Positions 59,534-64,000 of a DNA stretch of 64,000 bases are shown here, one piece after another. The stretch covers positions 3,072,627-3,136,626 of the forward strand of contig MU004230.1 of assembly GCA_010405405.1 (NCBI GenBank). The letters run 5' to 3'. Below the pieces are notes generated by a model. The model saw only the letters and a list, made by a program, of their open reading frames with translations. It was not told the origin of the DNA and ran no database searches. Within the stretch, counting starts at the first letter, position 1. Each line of letters begins with the position of its first letter. A program made the position numbers and the translations under genes. Source of the DNA: Microthyrium microscopicum. Lineage: Eukaryota.

Positions 59534-60106
59534 ATGTCCGACCAACTACAGCCTTCCGCAAATGATGCGTATCAAGCACAGGACAACCCAGTGAGCAAAG
59601 AGCCCGCAGAGCAACGCAAAGCAAGCCAGCATCACGATACAGGCAGAGTCGTCGAAGAGCGAACCGAGGGTGATTCTGCCTCCAAGAATGGAGGACAAAA
59701 TACATCACTCGCAAGAGGCATTCACGGCGCACCAGCCGGTGAAGAGACACATGGAGCAACGAAAGAGGGTACGGAGGACCGCAATAGGGATGTAGATGCC
59801 GAGCAGATTGCACCATTTGCAGAGGGAGACGTCTATAAAGCAGTCACGAAGGACAAAAAGCCTGGAACTGGTGGAGTGGAGCCCGACCTTGCGTCAGATC
59901 TCGACAGGTAAGTCTCACGAAGCGGCCAATCTGGCGCTTTCAGCGATAGGATTGGTGTTTTGCTGTTGAATACAGAGGACTAACATGTCTATAGGAAGAA
60001 GGCTGAGCAACAATCGGCCCGTGAAGAGATGAAGGATGCTCGCAAGGAAGGCACTGATGTAGGAGGAGATCACGGTCAAACAGGTGGTCCTGCTAGTGCC
60101 GTGTAG
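59534..60106 (+). CDS. Small hydrophilic (hydrophilin-like) protein of unknown function
   Basis: Exons 59534-59907 and 59995-60106, GT-AG intron, in frame (EPDLASDLDRKKAEQ). G/E/Q/K-rich composition. Confidence 0.8.
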
Positions 60107-60409
60107 AAGGAGTAACATCTTGTGATTTGTGAGCTTGCAGAAAATGCCACGAAGCGGCATCTGCAGACCTCAGCAGTGCTCACGCGATCAGTGACAATCT
60201 GGTTGTTGGATTATTGCAACTGGCAACGATGAACCATGACGACATGCTGCAACAGACTTCTGTGACTGCGGTTTAGCTTGCGAAGGCGGTTGAATAGGTA
60301 ACTTGAATATGCAAATATTTACTTGTCCTCATGTTTAGATGCAACGTGATATAACGTTGAAGAGGACTTACCGCGATCATTTGGATACCCGCGAGTATCG
60401 CTTTTAAAA

Positions 60410-61129
60410 GGGACTTGATAATTGGCCCCTACATTCCAGATATTTGGCCCTTAGATTCTAGCTATTTGGCCCCCTGATACCCGAAGCCGAAATTTTCGCC
60501 CAAACGAGACTAGCGGTAGCTAGATCTAGCTTAGTTTCAGCAGTATTACAATGGATCAATCACTAGCCCCGCGTAACAATTCCTTAACGTTATTATAGCA
60601 AAATTCCTTAACACTATATCCTTTAGCTTGACTAACACTATAACGCAGAGGGCATGGATCTTGTAGAGGGTAGATCTTATAGAGGAAGAGCTCGTAGAGA
60701 GAGAGCTCGTTGTAATTAATTATAATATTGCTATACTAAGAATGGGGTTAGGATAGGATGCGGAATACTTAATTTATTACTACACTAATAACGGGGTCGA
60801 GATACGTTGCGGAATAATTGTTTTATGCTTTCAAAACGGTAAAGAGATTTTGTATAGTTTAGATTCTATAGATCTTGTGGTTTCACGCCTAAAATTATAG
60901 AATCCTTGAGATTGTAGCTTTAAAGCTGCTGGCGTAGTTTTAGTATTTTAGCTTTCAAAATATTAGATCTTTGGACACCAAAATCATGCACTGCAACACT
61001 ATGAATTTTATCGCGGACTTCCTATCTAGGAATAGCTTTAGAATATCTCGGCTTCGGATACTATGGGGGCCAAATATCTGGAATCCAAGGGCCAAATATC
61101 TGGAATGTAGGGGCCAATTATCAAGTCCC
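60410..61129. mobile_element. Non-autonomous Mutator-like (MULE) DNA transposon / MITE, 720 bp
   Basis: TIRs begin GGGACTTGATAATTGGCCCC (43 bp perfect, about 80 bp imperfect); exact 9-bp TSD CTTTTAAAA at 60401-60409 and 61130-61138; TpA-enriched interior. Confidence 0.88.
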
Positions 61130-62456
61130 CTTTTAAAACACCGACTTTTGAGGAAGTGAAGTAACACCACAGCCTACAAGTTTATGCATTGATGTGTTGT
61201 AGCAACTACATCTGGCGCCTTAATCAGGATAAGATCTTCAATTGGAAGTAAAACTGCTCACCGAGTTCTTAGTCTCTAAGCTCTCAGCCTGATGGAAAGC
61301 TAGCCTGACGAATCGGTGTAGGCACCTGCCTCGCGCACAACCAAGAAGGCAACCGGACCAGTGTGATGTACTTAGCATTAGTCTTTAAACAGCCTATTCT
61401 ATAGGTCACGCTGTGATCTATTGCAGTAATGCCTGAAAATGTGGACATTCTTTATGCAGCAGTCGGCAAACCTTTCTCAGCCTTGTCGCATATTCCAAAA
61501 GCCATTCAAGCGCAACCGCATCGCCACAATAAACTTCCAGGGGCGAGCAGTTTTCTCTATTATAATTGGAGCGTTGAATTATAGAATAACTTTAAAATTA
61601 ACCTTTATTTATGGGCGCTTAATGTTGCACTGCTCAACTGTCGCCTAACATGCCTCCCACTGCTTAACTTCATCTGTCGATTCTCAAGCTTTGAGCATGG
61701 TTTAACGGCCTACCGACAAGCGCGTAATTGATCTTAAGTGAGCCGCTGTGGTTTCACCGGGAGATTCAATAGGATCGTCCTACGTCTAGTCCGTATGATC
61801 TATCCAGACGAAGCGCTACCGGGATAATAGTGAGCCACATGCATTATACCTTTACCTAACTCCCAAAGCGGACATACGATAGCACTTCTTAGCTTCACGT
61901 TTCCAACCTCAAGCCAAGCCTCAGATTTAGGATCTTCGTGGCGGAGTCGGCTTATGAAAATCGCCCTATCCACTACTCTTTCTAGTAGGCAGCCCGAAAA
62001 TAACCTCCAATGATGATGTTGCTTTGAGCTTGCCACCGCCGAATACTCACACCACGGGGTTGTTTTTTGACATTTTATGCAGTGCTAGCTCATTGAGTGG
62101 CCGCTATTTTGGAGATTGGCGAGATAGATTTCAGGGCGCTCCCCCACGAGGCCCACGAGGCCTCGCGCTTGTGTCGTGCCTTTCGTAGTATGCGGTGAGC
62201 AACTATACCTCAGTGGTCTGTAGTGTGCGCCCCATTATCTCTGACCGCGTAATGATGCCATTATCGTGAGTTCTATGGTGATGTTGTAGCTAATCTCCTG
62301 AGCATCTATGTCTATAAGAACTACTGCGGACTGCGCCATTGTTCTGTTCTTTCTGATACTCAACAACACTACCTACTACATCCCTTCTCCACCCTATCAA
62401 TTAGTCTGCCTCCACTTCTCATTGAACACGTTTCTTCTAATACTCTACAAAACAAT

Positions 62457-62570
62457 ATGGACGCTCCTGCTGATACTTGGACTTGTTGCGAATGCGGCGG
62501 GACAAACCTTCAGGAAAATGCCCCAGCCCAATGCCCAGTATGCAACCATGCGAGAAATGGTTGCTGTTAA
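62457..62570 (+). CDS. 37-aa Cys-rich zinc-ribbon-like microprotein
   Basis: MDAPADTWTCCECGGTNLQENAPAQCPVCNHARNGCC*. A-rich start context (CAAAACAATATGG), CT-rich leader, TATAAG at ~62313. Confidence 0.72.
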   Translation: MDAPADTWTCCECGGTNLQENAPAQCPVCNHARNGCC

Positions 62571-63087
62571 AGGAACAGTCACATTGCTACTGGTCGTAAA
62601 CTAGTCGGGCCAAGCTATTGATTAACACCAATTTGCTTCTTTTTCTCCTATGGCGTTTCGGCGTTCTGTTCTCATTCTTTTGACAGCGACATCTCTAAAC
62701 GGACAACAACCCCAATCTTTCGAAACGCAGCTACTGAACGAATATACGGACGGGATAGCAAGGAGTTATGCGTGCATGGAACTGGAGGCGCTCTGATATC
62801 AATACTCATACCTCAAGATACCCAATTTACATCTCTTCAGCTCGCGCTGATCCTTAGCGAAAACCAGCATGGAAAGGTGCAATTCGGCGTTTGAAGCGAT
62901 GCGATTAAACTTTTTGTTTCTACTTTATCGGAGTCAACTGGTGCTTGGACATGATGGTACACTTATTTGAAATATTTCTTACATTGGGTCTGGTTTTGAT
63001 AAACATAAAATACAAAAAAAGCCTCTTCTTGGGCACCAAAACCCGCTGTCTTCATTTTTTTGTGACATCTCCTACGAAACAACTAGA

Positions 63088-64000
63088 TCAAGTGCCATAT
63101 TGCTCCTCCAACCTCGCTAGCCTACTAGCAAACACATCGCGATCCAAATAAGCTCCTTTAAGCCACCGCTCTCCCTTCGTAGGATCAAACTCCCTCCGCG
63201 CATGCAAAACCCGCCGATTATCAAAAAGTACGCACTCGCCCTCATTCATCCTTAGCTCAAAGACATTTTCTGGCGCACTAATCAGGTCCTCAAACTTCTG
63301 TGAGGCCTCATGGAACTCTCGCAAAGCTTTACCGCCATCTCTTGAGCCAATATCCAGCGCAAAAGGTCCTTGGAAGGGCGGGCTCCAATTTGTGTTCTTA
63401 ATCGGCGAATTCAAGTCATTTTTGTCTTCTAGCTCAACAGTACATCTGATCTGGCGGTACGATTGGCCAGCGTTGTAGTAATGAAAGGTAACGGGAAACC
63501 TGACCAAAGCTTCAAAGAGCTTAGGGTGCGTTTGACGTAGGGTCTCAGCAGCTTTGAAGGAGTCTGCGAACATGGATTCGCCGCCAGGAGCTTTGGCGCG
63601 CATGGAGTGCAGGATTTGATATTGGGGCGTCAAGTCGAGGTAGCAGAGATCTGTGTGTAGGCCCAGAAATTTGTTGGTGTATGCTACGTTGATAGCTTTG
63701 GGCACTGAGCGGACGTCCCAAGTCAGGCCGTAGAAGGTTGAGCGTAGTGGTCCTATGCGAGAAACAACGTCTGTTATTGAGGCGCCGGAGTCTGTGGATG
63801 TGCTGTCAGGCACGTTGCGGAGGAAGACCAGGCCGTGGGATTCGAGCATTTTGAGTGCTTGGTATACTGCCTTGTCTGTGTTTTTATATTCGGCAAAGTC
63901 TATGAAATTGTTGTTGGCTTCCATTGTTTTGCTGTCCCAGAATACGCGGTTTGATGGTTTGAAGTGGCTGATATGTGTTCTTTTATCTCCAGCGGCCAGC
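63088..64000 (-). CDS. TauD/TfdA-family Fe(II)/2-oxoglutarate dioxygenase (gamma-butyrobetaine dioxygenase-like), 5' end outside window
   Basis: Frame stays open from the window edge to stop 63088. NVAYT, LGLHTDLCY (HxD), GGESMFADSF, FDNRRVLHARREF, RWLKGAY. Confidence 0.9.
   Translation of the reverse strand, partial: LAAGDKRTHISHFKPSNRVFWDSKTMEANNNFIDFAEYKNTDKAVYQALKMLESHGLVFLRNVPDSTSTDSGASITDVVSRIGPLRSTFYGLTWDVRSVPKAINVAYTNKFLGLHTDLCYLDLTPQYQILHSMRAKAPGGESMFADSFKAAETLRQTHPKLFEALVRFPVTFHYYNAGQSYRQIRCTVELEDKNDLNSPIKNTNWSPPFQGPFALDIGSRDGGKALREFHEASQKFEDLISAPENVFELRMNEGECVLFDNRRVLHARREFDPTKGERWLKGAYLDRDVFASRLARLEEQYGT

Noticed and set aside
60955..61170. Two short ORFs over the right end of the MITE
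   Set aside because: They translate the TIR repeats and show no transposase motifs.
1..64000. tRNA, rRNA genes or CRISPR arrays
   Set aside because: None recognised by eye; the DNA is eukaryotic. A tRNAscan-SE/Infernal run is needed to exclude small ncRNAs.

Overview
Gene-dense genomic DNA from a filamentous ascomycete (Pezizomycotina-like: mostly 46-58 nt GT-AG introns with CTRAC/CTAAY branch points, RIP-mutated repeats). I could reconstruct about 25 protein-coding genes by hand. Most are housekeeping: OMA1-like M48 peptidase, IWR1, nucleoside transporter, peroxisomal thiolase, TRM732/THADA, UBX protein, RanGAP, DUF2439 protein, TRM5, kinesin-3, TAF3-like and a partial TauD/BBOX dioxygenase. 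Several secreted proteins are also present: an AA9 LPMO, a protein with a GH19/lysozyme-like domain, and an atypical membrane-anchored pepsin-family protein. Two DNA transposon relics have precisely definable ends: a 5.28 kb heavily RIP-mutated hAT-type element (16-bp TIR, 8-bp TSD) and a 720-bp Mutator-type non-autonomous element (long TIR, 9-bp TSD). The best candidate for an undescribed system is a compact three-gene module at 3.0-9.2 kb: an atypical HSPA12-type Hsp70, a divergently transcribed tail-anchored AIG1/GIMAP-like GTPase, and a coiled-coil protein whose C-terminus resembles a GrpE/Mieap-type domain, with a shared CTCAGCC-type motif in both promoter regions. A 37-aa zinc-ribbon microprotein missed by the ORF track is also present. 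All family assignments come from motif recognition only; no database searches were run.
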